A DNA stretch of 64,000 nt from Bacilli bacterium (GTDB lineage: Bacteria > Bacillota_I > Bacilli_A > ML615J-28 > CAG-698), in assembly GCA_050953065.1 (NCBI GenBank), contig JBMNLZ010000002.1, positions 224,001-288,000 on the forward strand. The letters run 5' to 3'. Made by a program: the position numbers and the translations under genes. Positions 51,139 through 60,820 of this stretch are shown here, one piece after another. The first letter of the stretch is position 1, and every line of letters starts with the position of its first letter. The notes beneath the pieces were generated by a model. That model did not search any database. It saw only the letters and a program-made list of their open reading frames with translations, and had not been told where the DNA came from.

Positions 51139-51987
51139 ATGAAATATTTTGAATTATTGGATCAACTAAAAAAAGAAGCAGAAAAAAAATCTTTAGAAAA
51201 AGAAGCGATAAAAATTCTTTTTATCGAAACTAATTTTAAAAGTAAAGAAGCATATTATTTAAATAGTAATAATGAAATGCCTAAAGTTAATCTTAATAAA
51301 ACTCTTAAACTAAGTAAACTATATTTAGAAAGACAGATTCCAATTCAATATATTCTAGGTTATACATACTTTTTAGGAGATAAAATTTTAACTAAAAAAG
51401 GTGTTTTAATTCCAAGGTTTGAAACTGAAGAAGTAGTTTTAAAAGCACTTGAAGTAATAAAAACAAATTTTAAAGAAGATTTAAGAATCATTGATATTGG
51501 GACTGGAAGTGGAGCTATTGCTATTGCCTTAAAAAATAGATTAAATTCTTCTTTAGTTGAAGCGGTTGATATAAATAGGAATGCTCTAAATTTAACTAAA
51601 AAGAATGCTTTATTAAATAAAGTTGATATAAAGGTTTATAGGAGTAATTTACTAAAAGATGTTAAAGGAAAACTAGATGTAATTATCTCTAATCCACCTT
51701 ATATTTCAAAAGATGAATATGTTGAAACAATCGTTTTAAAAAACGAACCAGCTAGTGCTTTGTTTGCTAAAAAAAACGGACTTTATTATTATGAGAAGAT
51801 TTTAGAAGAAGCTCGTTTTAAAGTAAATAAAAAGTTTGCAATTATATTTGAAATATCATATAATAAAAAAGGTTTTATGGAAGAGTTAGCTAAAAAGTAT
51901 TTTCCAACCAGCCAAGTAGAATTTTTTAAAGACATAAACCAAAACGATAGGATTATGGTTATAAAGGAGACTGATTTTAATGATTAA
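51139..51987 (+). CDS. prmC: Release factor glutamine methyltransferase
   Basis: LIPRFETE, DIGTGSG, SNPPY. Confidence 0.95.
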   Translation: MKYFELLDQLKKEAEKKSLEKEAIKILFIETNFKSKEAYYLNSNNEMPKVNLNKTLKLSKLYLERQIPIQYILGYTYFLGDKILTKKGVLIPRFETEEVVLKALEVIKTNFKEDLRIIDIGTGSGAIAIALKNRLNSSLVEAVDINRNALNLTKKNALLNKVDIKVYRSNLLKDVKGKLDVIISNPPYISKDEYVETIVLKNEPASALFAKKNGLYYYEKILEEARFKVNKKFAIIFEISYNKKGFMEELAKKYFPTSQVEFFKDINQNDRIMVIKETDFND

Positions 51988-52951
51988 AACAATCTTAATT
52001 TGTTTGTTAGGAATCATAAATGTATTTGCTGTTGTTTTACCAGGAGATGATGTTAATACATTTAAAAGTGATATAAACAATTTATATCATGAATATATTT
52101 TCATAGAAGATGTAGAAACTGAAGAATATTCATATACTGTTGTTTTTGGTCAAATGGCTGATAAAATGACATTTGGGGTTTATCTAAGTAGTATGGGTTC
52201 AATTAATGAACATTTAGTTGTAAAATTAGATTCTAAAGTATTAAACGTTAATAAAAATATTGATCAAATAGTAAAGATAATTGCCTTTGAAGCAAAAGGA
52301 AATGAAATTTCTTTTATCTTAAGAAATAGTTCTACAAATACTGATATTTCAAGTAAAACATTTAGTATAGTTGGTTATGATGCTTTTAAAGCATTAGATA
52401 CATATGAAATAAAAACTGGATTAAATCAAGGGGAAATTACAGATATAACTGTAATTAATACAATCAGTAATTCTTTTAAGAATTTTTATTTAATTTTTTT
52501 AGGTGTAATTTTTTTTATGAGTTTGATTATGATCTTTGCTAAAACTAAAAATAGAGGTTTATTTAATAAAGAAGCACGTAGTGAGGATGTTGAAAAATAT
52601 ACTGATTTAATTAAACAAGCTCAAGAAGCACTAGATGCAATTAGAAAAGAAGAACTTCAAGGTGAAGTAATTGAGGATAATGAATTTGAAGAAAATAGAT
52701 TAGAAAAAGATAACAATGAACCAGTAAAAGAGGTTTATAAAAAAGAATTACGTTATGATGATTTAGATGAAATAAAAGAAAGTTTTGATATTGAAAAATA
52801 TCTTAAAGATAAAGGTCATAATATAGATTATGCTGATCTTTTAGAACATGAAAAAAATGAAATTATGATAGAGTTAATGCTTCTTAAGAATTTGGATAAA
52901 ATTACTGAAGAAGAATATAAAAAAGAGACTGTTAAATTATGGAAAAAATAG
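51980..52951 (+). CDS. Hypothetical single-pass membrane protein with signal peptide and acidic cytoplasmic tail
   Basis: Hydrophobic N-terminus, TM FYLIFLGVIFFMSLIMIFA; overlaps both flanking genes. Confidence 0.65.
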   Translation: MIKTILICLLGIINVFAVVLPGDDVNTFKSDINNLYHEYIFIEDVETEEYSYTVVFGQMADKMTFGVYLSSMGSINEHLVVKLDSKVLNVNKNIDQIVKIIAFEAKGNEISFILRNSSTNTDISSKTFSIVGYDAFKALDTYEIKTGLNQGEITDITVINTISNSFKNFYLIFLGVIFFMSLIMIFAKTKNRGLFNKEARSEDVEKYTDLIKQAQEALDAIRKEELQGEVIEDNEFEENRLEKDNNEPVKEVYKKELRYDDLDEIKESFDIEKYLKDKGHNIDYADLLEHEKNEIMIELMLLKNLDKITEEEYKKETVKLWKK

Positions 52952-53496
52952 TTTTAAAAGATTTCTTAAAATTAAAAAAAGAAAACTTGTTAGGAAAAAT
53001 TATTTGTTTTCCAACTGATACTGTTTATGGTGTTGCAGCTTCTTTAGAAGATAGTAAATCAAAAGAAAGACTTTATAAGATGAAAAATAGAAACCTAGAT
53101 AAACCTTTTGCAATTCTTTGTTATAATTTTGCTCAAATAAAATCTAAAGTTTTAAAGGTTTCAAAAAAAACAAAGAGCCTGATGAAAAAGTATTGGCCAG
53201 GTGCTCTAACAATTGTTTTAGAAACTAATACTACACCACTGGCTTTTAGAGTTCCAAATTCAAAAATAGCTTTAAAAATTTTAAAAAAATTTGGTCCTTT
53301 TTATACAACATCAGTTAATGAAAGTGGAGAAGAACCAATTAATGAGATTAGTTTAATTGAAGAAAAATATTGTAATGATATTGATTATTTAATTACTGAT
53401 AAAGCTACATTTTCTACTGTAGCATCAACTGTAGTAAAAGTTACAAACGATAAGATAGAACTTATTAGAGAAGGAGAGATAATTGTAAATGAATAA
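52939..53496 (+). CDS. tsaC: L-threonylcarbamoyladenylate synthase (Sua5/YrdC)
   Basis: PTDTVYG, KNR..KP, WPGALT, FRVP, TSVN.SG. Confidence 0.92.
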   Translation: MEKIVLKDFLKLKKENLLGKIICFPTDTVYGVAASLEDSKSKERLYKMKNRNLDKPFAILCYNFAQIKSKVLKVSKKTKSLMKKYWPGALTIVLETNTTPLAFRVPNSKIALKILKKFGPFYTTSVNESGEEPINEISLIEEKYCNDIDYLITDKATFSTVASTVVKVTNDKIELIREGEIIVNE

Positions 53497-54424
53497 TGTA
53501 ACGAAAGAAAAAATTATTGATGTGAAAGGTTTGGATAAATCATATAAAGATGTCCATGCAGTTAAGGCGATTGATTTTGAGGTAAGAAAAAATGAATTGT
53601 TTGCATTTTTAGGACCAAATGGTGCAGGTAAATCTACTGTGATTGATATCCTAACAACTGTTTTAAAAAAAGATGCGGGTGAAGTTGTAATTAATGGCTT
53701 ATCTTTAGATAAGGATGATTTTGAAATCAAAAAAATTATAGGCGTTGTTTTTCAAGATAAAATGTTAGATAACCTATTAACAGTAAAAGAGAATTTATTA
53801 TCAAGAGCATATTTGTATACGGCCTCTTCTAAAGAAGCTAAAGCAAAAACAGAAGAAGCTATAAAAATGACTTTTATTGAAAGTATTCAAAATAGACGTT
53901 ATAATACTTTATCAGGTGGGCAAAAACGTAGAGTTGATATTGCAAGAGCTTTACTTAATAATCCAAAAATATTATTTTTAGATGAACCAACTACAGGACT
54001 TGATCCAACTAGCAGAAAGTATATTTGGAAGACTTTAGATAATTTAAGAGAAACACTAGGGATGACAATATTCTTAACAACACATTATATGGAAGAAGCT
54101 GATAATGCAGATTATGTAGTGATTATTTTAGAAGGAAAGATTGTTGCTAAAGGAACACCTCTTGAAATTAAAGATAAATACACTAACGATTATTTAATTA
54201 TGAAGCCTTTAGATGTTAATGCTTTTAAAGATGTATTAAAAAAGGATAAGGTTAAAGCTGAATTTATAGCAGATTTTGCTAGAGTTGATTTAAAGAGTAG
54301 TTTAGATGCAATTGAAATTGTTAATAAATTTAAAGATCAATTAGTTAGTTTTGAAGTTATTAGGGGTTCATTAGATGATGCGTTTATAAATATTACGGGT
54401 AAAGGAATTGACGAATATGTTTAA
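53489..54424 (+). CDS. ABC-2 type exporter ATP-binding protein
   Basis: GPNGAGKS, LSGGQ, LDEPTTGLD, TTHYMEEA. Confidence 0.93.
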   Translation: MNNVTKEKIIDVKGLDKSYKDVHAVKAIDFEVRKNELFAFLGPNGAGKSTVIDILTTVLKKDAGEVVINGLSLDKDDFEIKKIIGVVFQDKMLDNLLTVKENLLSRAYLYTASSKEAKAKTEEAIKMTFIESIQNRRYNTLSGGQKRRVDIARALLNNPKILFLDEPTTGLDPTSRKYIWKTLDNLRETLGMTIFLTTHYMEEADNADYVVIILEGKIVAKGTPLEIKDKYTNDYLIMKPLDVNAFKDVLKKDKVKAEFIADFARVDLKSSLDAIEIVNKFKDQLVSFEVIRGSLDDAFINITGKGIDEYV

Positions 54425-55265
54425 TATCGCAAAAAGAAATGTCTTGTTATTTTTTAGAGATAAAACAGCAGTATTTTTCTCACTATTAAGTAGTATTATA
54501 GTGATTGTATTATATGCTTTATTTATGGGAAAAATGTTACTTGGTGAATTTCCTGAATCAATGAAGTTTACAATTAATAGTTGGTTAATAGCAGGCCTTA
54601 TTGCTATCTCTGCTTTTACAGGACCATTAAGTGCTTATGATATAATGATTGCAGATAGAAATAATAATATTTATAAAAGTTTTATTGCAGCACCAGTTAA
54701 AAAATCTCAATTAACTGGAGGATATATTTTAAGTTCATTAATAATTGGAGTTTCAATTTCACTAGTAACTTTAGTGATTGGAGAATTATATATTGTAATG
54801 AATGGTGGAAGTGTCTTACCAGCTCTTACAATATTAAAAATAATTGTTTTTGTAATTATTGGAACTACTGCAAATTCAGCTTTGCTTTATGCTATAACTT
54901 CATTTATTAAAACACAAACTGCTTATAATGCTTTTTCAACAATTGCTGCAACTTTAATTGGATTTTTACTTGGAATTTATGTACCACTTGGAACACTTCC
55001 AAATTATGTTCAATCAGCTTTGAAGTTTTATCCTGGTACATATATGGTAGGTTTACTTAGAAATGAATTTATGAGAGTTCCAATTGCAGAAAATGAAAGC
55101 GTAATTGGAGTGGATGCAATTAGTGAGTTTAAAAGTTTCTTAGGAGTTAGCTATAAATGGGGTAGTTATGATGTAACTGTTTATATGTCACTTGGAGTTT
55201 TAATTTTTACAATTTTATTATTTTATGGTTTATCAATTATTAAATTAAATATAAAACGCAAATAG
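54408..55265 (+). CDS. ABC-2 type exporter permease
   Basis: FFRDK..VFFS motif and about six TM segments. Confidence 0.88.
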   Translation: MTNMFNIAKRNVLLFFRDKTAVFFSLLSSIIVIVLYALFMGKMLLGEFPESMKFTINSWLIAGLIAISAFTGPLSAYDIMIADRNNNIYKSFIAAPVKKSQLTGGYILSSLIIGVSISLVTLVIGELYIVMNGGSVLPALTILKIIVFVIIGTTANSALLYAITSFIKTQTAYNAFSTIAATLIGFLLGIYVPLGTLPNYVQSALKFYPGTYMVGLLRNEFMRVPIAENESVIGVDAISEFKSFLGVSYKWGSYDVTVYMSLGVLIFTILLFYGLSIIKLNIKRK

Positions 55266-55275
55266 GAGGGGAAAG

Positions 55276-55713
55276 ATGATTATTAGTATTGGTTGTGATC
55301 ATGGTGGCTTTGCAATGAAAGAAAGAATAGTTGAATTATTAAAGGGGATTAATATTCAAGTAATCGATCAAGGTTGCTATAGTGATGAAAGTGTTAGTTA
55401 TCCAATGTTTGCTCATAAAGTAACAAACGATATTCAAAATCAAAAAGCTGATTTTGGTGTTTTGATTTGTAAAACTGGTGTTGGTATGAGCATAGCTGCT
55501 AATAAACAAAAAGGAATTAGAGCAGCACTTGTTTCGGATAAAGAAGTAGCAATGCTAGCAAGAAAACACAATGATGCTAATGTAATTTGTTTTGGGGCTA
55601 ATTACATTACATTTGATAATGCTTTAGAATGTTTACTAACATTTATTAATGAATCATTTGAAGGTGGTCGTCATATTAGTAGAATTAAATTATTAGAATC
55701 AGATCAGGAATAA
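55276..55713 (+). CDS. rpiB: Ribose-5-phosphate isomerase B
   Basis: GCDHGG, CKTGVGMSIAANK, HNDANV, FEGGRH. Confidence 0.95.
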   Translation: MIISIGCDHGGFAMKERIVELLKGINIQVIDQGCYSDESVSYPMFAHKVTNDIQNQKADFGVLICKTGVGMSIAANKQKGIRAALVSDKEVAMLARKHNDANVICFGANYITFDNALECLLTFINESFEGGRHISRIKLLESDQE

Positions 55714-55716
55714 AAA

Positions 55717-56339
55717 ATGAAAGATGTTTATGTTTGTAATAATCCGATAGTTTTTGATAATTTAAGTATCTTAAGAGATAAAACAACTTCTGCTAGTGAT
55801 TTTAGAAGTGCTTTAGATATTATTAGTAAAGCGTTAGTGTATGAGGCTAGTAAAGAATTATCATTAAAAGAAAAAGAAATCCAAACCCAATTAGTAAACA
55901 TACTTCTTTTAGAATTAGTGATGATATTGTAATCATTCCAATTTTAAGAGCTGGTATGGGAATGCTTAATGCAGCACTTTCTTTTTATAAAAGTGCAAGT
56001 GTTGGTTATGTTGGAGTTAAAAGAAATGAAGAAACTCTACAGCCAATGCCGTATTATGAAAATTTACCGAAAATTACAGAAAAAAGTGTTGTCTTTGTTT
56101 TAGACCCAATGCTTGCTACTGGTGGGTCTGTTAATTATACGTTGGATGTTTTAAAAAAGTTTAAAGTAAAAAAGATTGTTGTTTTGAGTGTAGTTGGTGT
56201 CAAAGAAGGAATTACATTAATCAAAAAAAATCATCCTAATGTAGTTATTTATTTAGCTGCTTTGGATGAAAAACTAAATGAGGTTGGTTATATTATTCCA
56301 GGGCTAGGAGATTGTGGCGATAGATTAAATAAAACTTAA
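55717..56339 (+). pseudogene. upp: Uracil phosphoribosyltransferase, frameshifted
   Basis: The N-part (LRDK.T...FR) and C-part (PILRAG, RNEETL, DPMLATGGS, PGLGDCGDR) are in different frames; one extra C at 55886-55888 restores IQTPISK. Confidence 0.88.
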
Positions 56340-56356
56340 AAAAAGGAGCTAAATAT

Positions 56357-56569
56357 ATGGAAACAAGTTTTATATTTTTTATATTCTTTTTACCATTAAT
56401 CCCATTATTTTTTAAAGCCTTAACGGCAATAGATTTTTCAAAAATGTTTAAAGCAGATTCAGTTTGGCAAATTAGATTATTAGTCTTAACAATAAGCATT
56501 ATAATTTCTTATTTGCTTGCTAGTGCAATAGAAGATTTTTTGCTTAGACTTTATAATATATTAACTTAA
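56357..56569 (+). CDS. Small membrane protein, DUF1146/YwzB-like
   Basis: AL.AIDFSK.FK...QIRLL..ISI..SYL.A..F pattern; two TM helices. Confidence 0.7.
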   Translation: METSFIFFIFFLPLIPLFFKALTAIDFSKMFKADSVWQIRLLVLTISIIISYLLASAIEDFLLRLYNILT

Positions 56570-56575
56570 AAAAAT

Positions 56576-56611
56576 AAAAAAATCAGATTTCAAAAAAGAA
56601 ATCTGATTTTT
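56576..56611. terminator. Bidirectional terminator
   Basis: aaaaatcagatttc / gaaatctgattttt. Confidence 0.8.
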
Positions 56612-56618
56612 AATTTTT

Positions 56619-57212
56619 TTAATAAATATCAATATACTTTAAAAAGAAGAGATTAATAAAAGTAATTAAAGGTGTACCAAAGAATAAAATTAAAGTATGA
56701 ATTGAATTCATGTTATTAGTTGAATATAAGATATAAAGTAAGTTAACATAAATTAGTAATAAAACAGCCATTAAAACTAATAAAATAAGATTAGTTTTAT
56801 GATAACATGCTAAGAAGCCTAAAGTATTAATTGTTAAGAAACCTACGATATAAAATAACGCTGTTATAATAATAAAGTTAAATCCAAAATTAAATTTAAA
56901 AACAAAGACTAAGAAAATAAGTAAATTGAACAAAGTATTTATTATAGCTAAAATTAAACCATTTAGCCAATAACTAGTTCTTGCTACTTTAAAAGAACTT
57001 AAACAAAAAACTTTTTGAGATTGAATATAAGCGATTACTAAAGTGAATATTCCACTAACACTAAAGAAACTATGCATTGTAAAATCTAGAATATAATCTT
57101 TAGGTGCAAATTTAAAAAGCAATAGAAAGACGATTCCTAAAATTAAAAAATAAATTGCATAAATTCTACGATAGAAAACCCAAATCAATTTTAAAGAGTT
57201 TAAAAGGCTCAT
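56619..57212 (-). CDS. Multi-pass membrane protein (putative ABC permease)
   Basis: About six hydrophobic segments; ATGA-coupled to the upstream ATPase-like gene. Confidence 0.65.
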   Translation of the reverse strand: MSLLNSLKLIWVFYRRIYAIYFLILGIVFLLLFKFAPKDYILDFTMHSFFSVSGIFTLVIAYIQSQKVFCLSSFKVARTSYWLNGLILAIINTLFNLLIFLVFVFKFNFGFNFIIITALFYIVGFLTINTLGFLACYHKTNLILLVLMAVLLLIYVNLLYILYSTNNMNSIHTLILFFGTPLITFINLFFLKYIDIY

Positions 57213-58096
57213 ACGATTTCCTCCTTTTTAGCTCTAATATTAAGAAGATAAATGAATATTTTTTGAATTGGAACTTCAGATATTTTAATTAAATATTTTT
57301 GGTATTTTCTAATATCATCTTTAGTTAGTTTTTGTCTTAAACAAACTGTTAGAGTATTATCATGTTCTTCATAACCAATAATCTTAATATTAGTAATTAA
57401 AGAACTTAATACTTCAGTTTTACCAATTAAATAACAGAAGTTTTCTTTTAAATCTTCAATTGAGAAAACATCTATTAAAACACCTTTATCAATTAAAAGA
57501 ATATTATCAATTAAGAAATGTATTTCATCAATAAATTCAGTTGTTATAATAATAGTTCTTGGATATTTAGTTTTATGAGCATATAGTTCTTCAAAAAATA
57601 AAAACCTTTCTAAAGGATCACTATAAGCAACTGGATTATCAAAGATTGTGATATTAGCTTTACAACAAAGTCCAATAATACCTAAAATTAAAGATTGTTT
57701 GTTTTTCTTTAATTTTCCAAAATAAGCATTATGAGGGATTTCAAACTTTTCAAGTAGTTTTACAGCATAGCCATTATCCCATTTTGTAAAGATGGTTGCC
57801 ATGATTGTAAAAACTTCATAGACTTTTAATAAGTGACAAAAAGAAAAGTTATTATTAATTAAACAAAGTTGTTCATTTAAATTAGGTTTTAAAAAGATAT
57901 CATCTCCATCTAGATAAACCCTACCTGAATTTGGGATAACTTTACCTGCTAAGATTTCTAATAAAATATCTTTATTAGAATCGCTTTTACCTAATATGGC
58001 GTAAGTTTTATCATTTAAAAAATTATAGGAGAAGTTTTTAATAACTTCTTCATTTTTTTTAGATTTACATAAATTCTCACAAACCAATACTGCCAT
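57209..58096 (-). CDS. ABC ATPase-like protein with degenerate catalytic motifs
   Basis: ABC-fold sequence (NLCK, AILG, P.SG.V..DG) but Walker A GKSDSNKD, signature LKKNK, Walker B IFDNP. Confidence 0.75.
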   Translation of the reverse strand: MAVLVCENLCKSKKNEEVIKNFSYNFLNDKTYAILGKSDSNKDILLEILAGKVIPNSGRVYLDGDDIFLKPNLNEQLCLINNNFSFCHLLKVYEVFTIMATIFTKWDNGYAVKLLEKFEIPHNAYFGKLKKNKQSLILGIIGLCCKANITIFDNPVAYSDPLERFLFFEELYAHKTKYPRTIIITTEFIDEIHFLIDNILLIDKGVLIDVFSIEDLKENFCYLIGKTEVLSSLITNIKIIGYEEHDNTLTVCLRQKLTKDDIRKYQKYLIKISEVPIQKIFIYLLNIRAKKEEIV

Positions 58097-58390
58097 AAGT
58101 TAGTTTGACTAATTTAGAGTAAAATTAGTTCTCCTTTCTTAATATAAATTTAAGGATAAAACACTACCTTAAATATACACTTTTTTCTTGATTTTGTCAA
58201 TTGAATATACTAGAGAGAAAAACTAAAAACTTTAAAAATTTAAAACGTGAAAAACATTAAAATTTTGCTTATTTTGCTTAAAATATAAGAAGCGAATAAA
58301 TAAACGAAGTCAAAGTAAAAATGCAAGAGACACCAAATTTAAGGGGTTTTTGGTGCTTTAAAAGGTTTAGTTTTAAAAGAAGTAAAAATA

Positions 58391-58422
58391 AATAAAAGTC
58401 TTATCAAATAAGACTTTTATTT
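58391..58422 (-). terminator. Terminator of yigZ
   Basis: aataaaagtcttat / ataagacttttatt. Confidence 0.75.
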
Positions 58423-58423
58423 A

Positions 58424-59011
58424 TTAGTATTTAATAGTAATTTCACCTTTTGTTAGGTTAGTTAAGTTTTCTTTTACACTTAAAAAATCATCTTCTGGAA
58501 TTAAATAAATTAATTCTACTGTATCGGTAAAAAAAGAATCTATTAATTCAAAGTCTTTAAGATAACTTTGAATTAAATTATATGCTTCATAACTACATTT
58601 AATAGTTAGTTTTTGTTTATGAATTATAGGAAGGATTATAGCCTCATCAAGTGCTTTAGCAGTAGAAGATGAATATGCTCTAACAAGACCACCGCTTCCT
58701 AGTTTTATTCCTCCAAAATATCTTGTAACAACACATAAGATGTTTGTTAGGTTTTGTTTTTTTAAAACATCATAAATTACTATTCCGGCAGTTTGAGAAG
58801 GTTCTCTATCATCACTATATTTAATGTGTTCTTGAGAGGTTCCTATAATATAGGCATAACAATTATGAGTGGCGTTATAATAAGTTTTTCTTGTTTGTTT
58901 TAAAATCTCATTTGCTTCTTCAACACTTCTAACAATAAATAAAGAAGTGATAAAACGACTTTTATTGATAATTTGTTCGGTTATGAGATTTGTTTTAATT
59001 GTATAAAGCAT
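58424..59011 (-). CDS. yigZ: YigZ/IMPACT family protein
   Basis: KSRFI, ATHNCYAY, SDD.EP..TAG, RYFGGIKLG.GGL.RAY. Confidence 0.92.
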   Translation of the reverse strand: MLYTIKTNLITEQIINKSRFITSLFIVRSVEEANEILKQTRKTYYNATHNCYAYIIGTSQEHIKYSDDREPSQTAGIVIYDVLKKQNLTNILCVVTRYFGGIKLGSGGLVRAYSSSTAKALDEAIILPIIHKQKLTIKCSYEAYNLIQSYLKDFELIDSFFTDTVELIYLIPEDDFLSVKENLTNLTKGEITIKY

Positions 59012-59146
59012 CTTTTTTTCTCCTTACATAATAATTATAATACAAAATCTCCAAAATGAAAGAAAAAATATGGAAATTTTTGAACATATGTTGTATAATG
59101 AGTTTAACTCTTTAAAAAAATATTAAAAAGGTGGGATTAAGAGGAG

Positions 59147-60820
59147 ATGGATTATCAAGATTTCTTATCAAGAGGTAAAGACATCATCAAGTTTTTAGTC
59201 AATAAAGGGCATGAGTCATATTTTGTTGGGGCTGTGGTAAGAGCCCATATTTTGGGTGAAGAAGAATTTGACGATGTTGAAATAATTACTAGCGCTCCTT
59301 TGAGTGTTGTTCGTGAAATCTTTGTTGGGGCGAAGATTGAAGATTTACCAAATGGTGGAGTTAATGTTTCATACCATGGACATGATTATATCATCAGAAC
59401 TTTTCCTGAAGTAAAAGAAGAACCAAGTGATAAAAAGAAAAATCTACATTATTCTTCAAGGCTTGTTAGTGCACTAGATTCAGAAGACTTTACCCTAAAT
59501 GCGATAGCGATGAGTTTTAATGGAAAATTAACTGATATTCATAAAAGTTATAATGATATTAAAAGAAGAAAAATTGTAGGAATAAGAGGCTATAAAGAAA
59601 AGTTTATTTCTCAACCTTGGCTTTTAATTAAAGCAATAAGACTTGTAAGCCAAACAGGTTATAAAATTGATGGTAAAACTTTAAGTACTATTAAAAAAAG
59701 AAGAAAATATTTAAAAGGAATTGTTTTTGAAGATTACGAAGAAGAATTAGTTAAATTATTAGAAGGGAAACATTTAAAGAGAGCATTAAAGTATTTAGTT
59801 GAAACAAAGGTCTATAAATATTTATTACCTTTAAGAAGAGGCTTAAAGAAAATAAGTTCTAAATTTAGGCCATTTGATATAGATACAATTTTAGCGATTT
59901 GTTTTGTTTTAAATAAAGAAATAGATGAAACTTTTGTAAGGTTAGCAGAAGATAAAGAAAAGTTAAAACAAATAGTTAATCTTGCGATTGCTAATCCAAA
60001 GGGAAATTATAGTAATCTAGATTTATTCTCAAATGGACTAGATGTTTGTTTAACTGCTAATAAGATTAATAATTATTTAAAGCAATCAGCATTAAAAACA
60101 AATAAAATTAAAAAACAATTTGAGAATTTACCAATTCAAAATGTTTGTAATTTAGCGTTTAAGGGTGAAGATATTGTTGCTATTACAAAAGATTCAGGGG
60201 GGACTTATTTAAATCCTTTAATTGATGAAATAGCTTTAGCGGTTTTAAACGAAGAGATACCAAATGATTTTGATAATATTAAAGTATATGCAATAAAAAA
60301 ACTTCAAGAAACTGGAATTATTCCCGAGAATTATCATGAAAGTCCATATGATATTAAAGTTAATCAAACAAATATTCAAAGAGAATCTTTCTTAGAAGAA
60401 ATTCCAAGTGAAATTGCAGTTGAAGATTTAAAATTAGATAATTTAATTCTAGCTAAAACTGCAGATGATATGATCAAGAATATGTATTTTCATGTTGATG
60501 TAATGAAAGGTTATGTTGATTTTAGATTAGAAAAACTAGAAGGTAATTTATCAGAAAATGAAATTCAACTACGTCGTCAAAATGAAGATGGCTATCAAAC
60601 AGCCAAAGAAGATTTAAGAGCTAAATTACATAGAGATACTGATTTATTAATTTCAAAAAATTTAAACTATTTACAACAAAATAATTTTTTAGATAGTATT
60701 TACGGAATGAGAGTAACACTAGCTAAACAAGTTCATATTCTATATGAACAATTCTTAAGAGAAATTGATGAACAGTATTTTAAAATATTCAGAGGTAATT
60801 TACCAACAAAGGAGAGTTAA
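59147..60820 (+). CDS. CCA-adding enzyme/poly(A) polymerase-like protein with degenerate active-site motifs and an acidic C-terminal extension
   Basis: YFVG..VR..ILG...DDVEI.TSA, DFTLNAIA, AIRL.SQ.G, L.F.G.D. Confidence 0.75.
   Translation: MDYQDFLSRGKDIIKFLVNKGHESYFVGAVVRAHILGEEEFDDVEIITSAPLSVVREIFVGAKIEDLPNGGVNVSYHGHDYIIRTFPEVKEEPSDKKKNLHYSSRLVSALDSEDFTLNAIAMSFNGKLTDIHKSYNDIKRRKIVGIRGYKEKFISQPWLLIKAIRLVSQTGYKIDGKTLSTIKKRRKYLKGIVFEDYEEELVKLLEGKHLKRALKYLVETKVYKYLLPLRRGLKKISSKFRPFDIDTILAICFVLNKEIDETFVRLAEDKEKLKQIVNLAIANPKGNYSNLDLFSNGLDVCLTANKINNYLKQSALKTNKIKKQFENLPIQNVCNLAFKGEDIVAITKDSGGTYLNPLIDEIALAVLNEEIPNDFDNIKVYAIKKLQETGIIPENYHESPYDIKVNQTNIQRESFLEEIPSEIAVEDLKLDNLILAKTADDMIKNMYFHVDVMKGYVDFRLEKLEGNLSENEIQLRRQNEDGYQTAKEDLRAKLHRDTDLLISKNLNYLQQNNFLDSIYGMRVTLAKQVHILYEQFLREIDEQYFKIFRGNLPTKES

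Noticed and set aside
1699-56499. Short antisense or alternate-frame ORFs in the track (e.g. 1699, 2173, 3075, 9046, 14157, 15514, 25104, 28360, 33291, 43951, 53425)
   Set aside because: All lie within or across well-supported genes and lack recognisable motifs; treated as shadow ORFs.
58100-58390. Possible ncRNA in the ~290-nt gap between the ABC-like gene and yigZ
   Set aside because: Only a weak caccaaa/tttggtg stem in AT-rich sequence; no recognisable RNA family.
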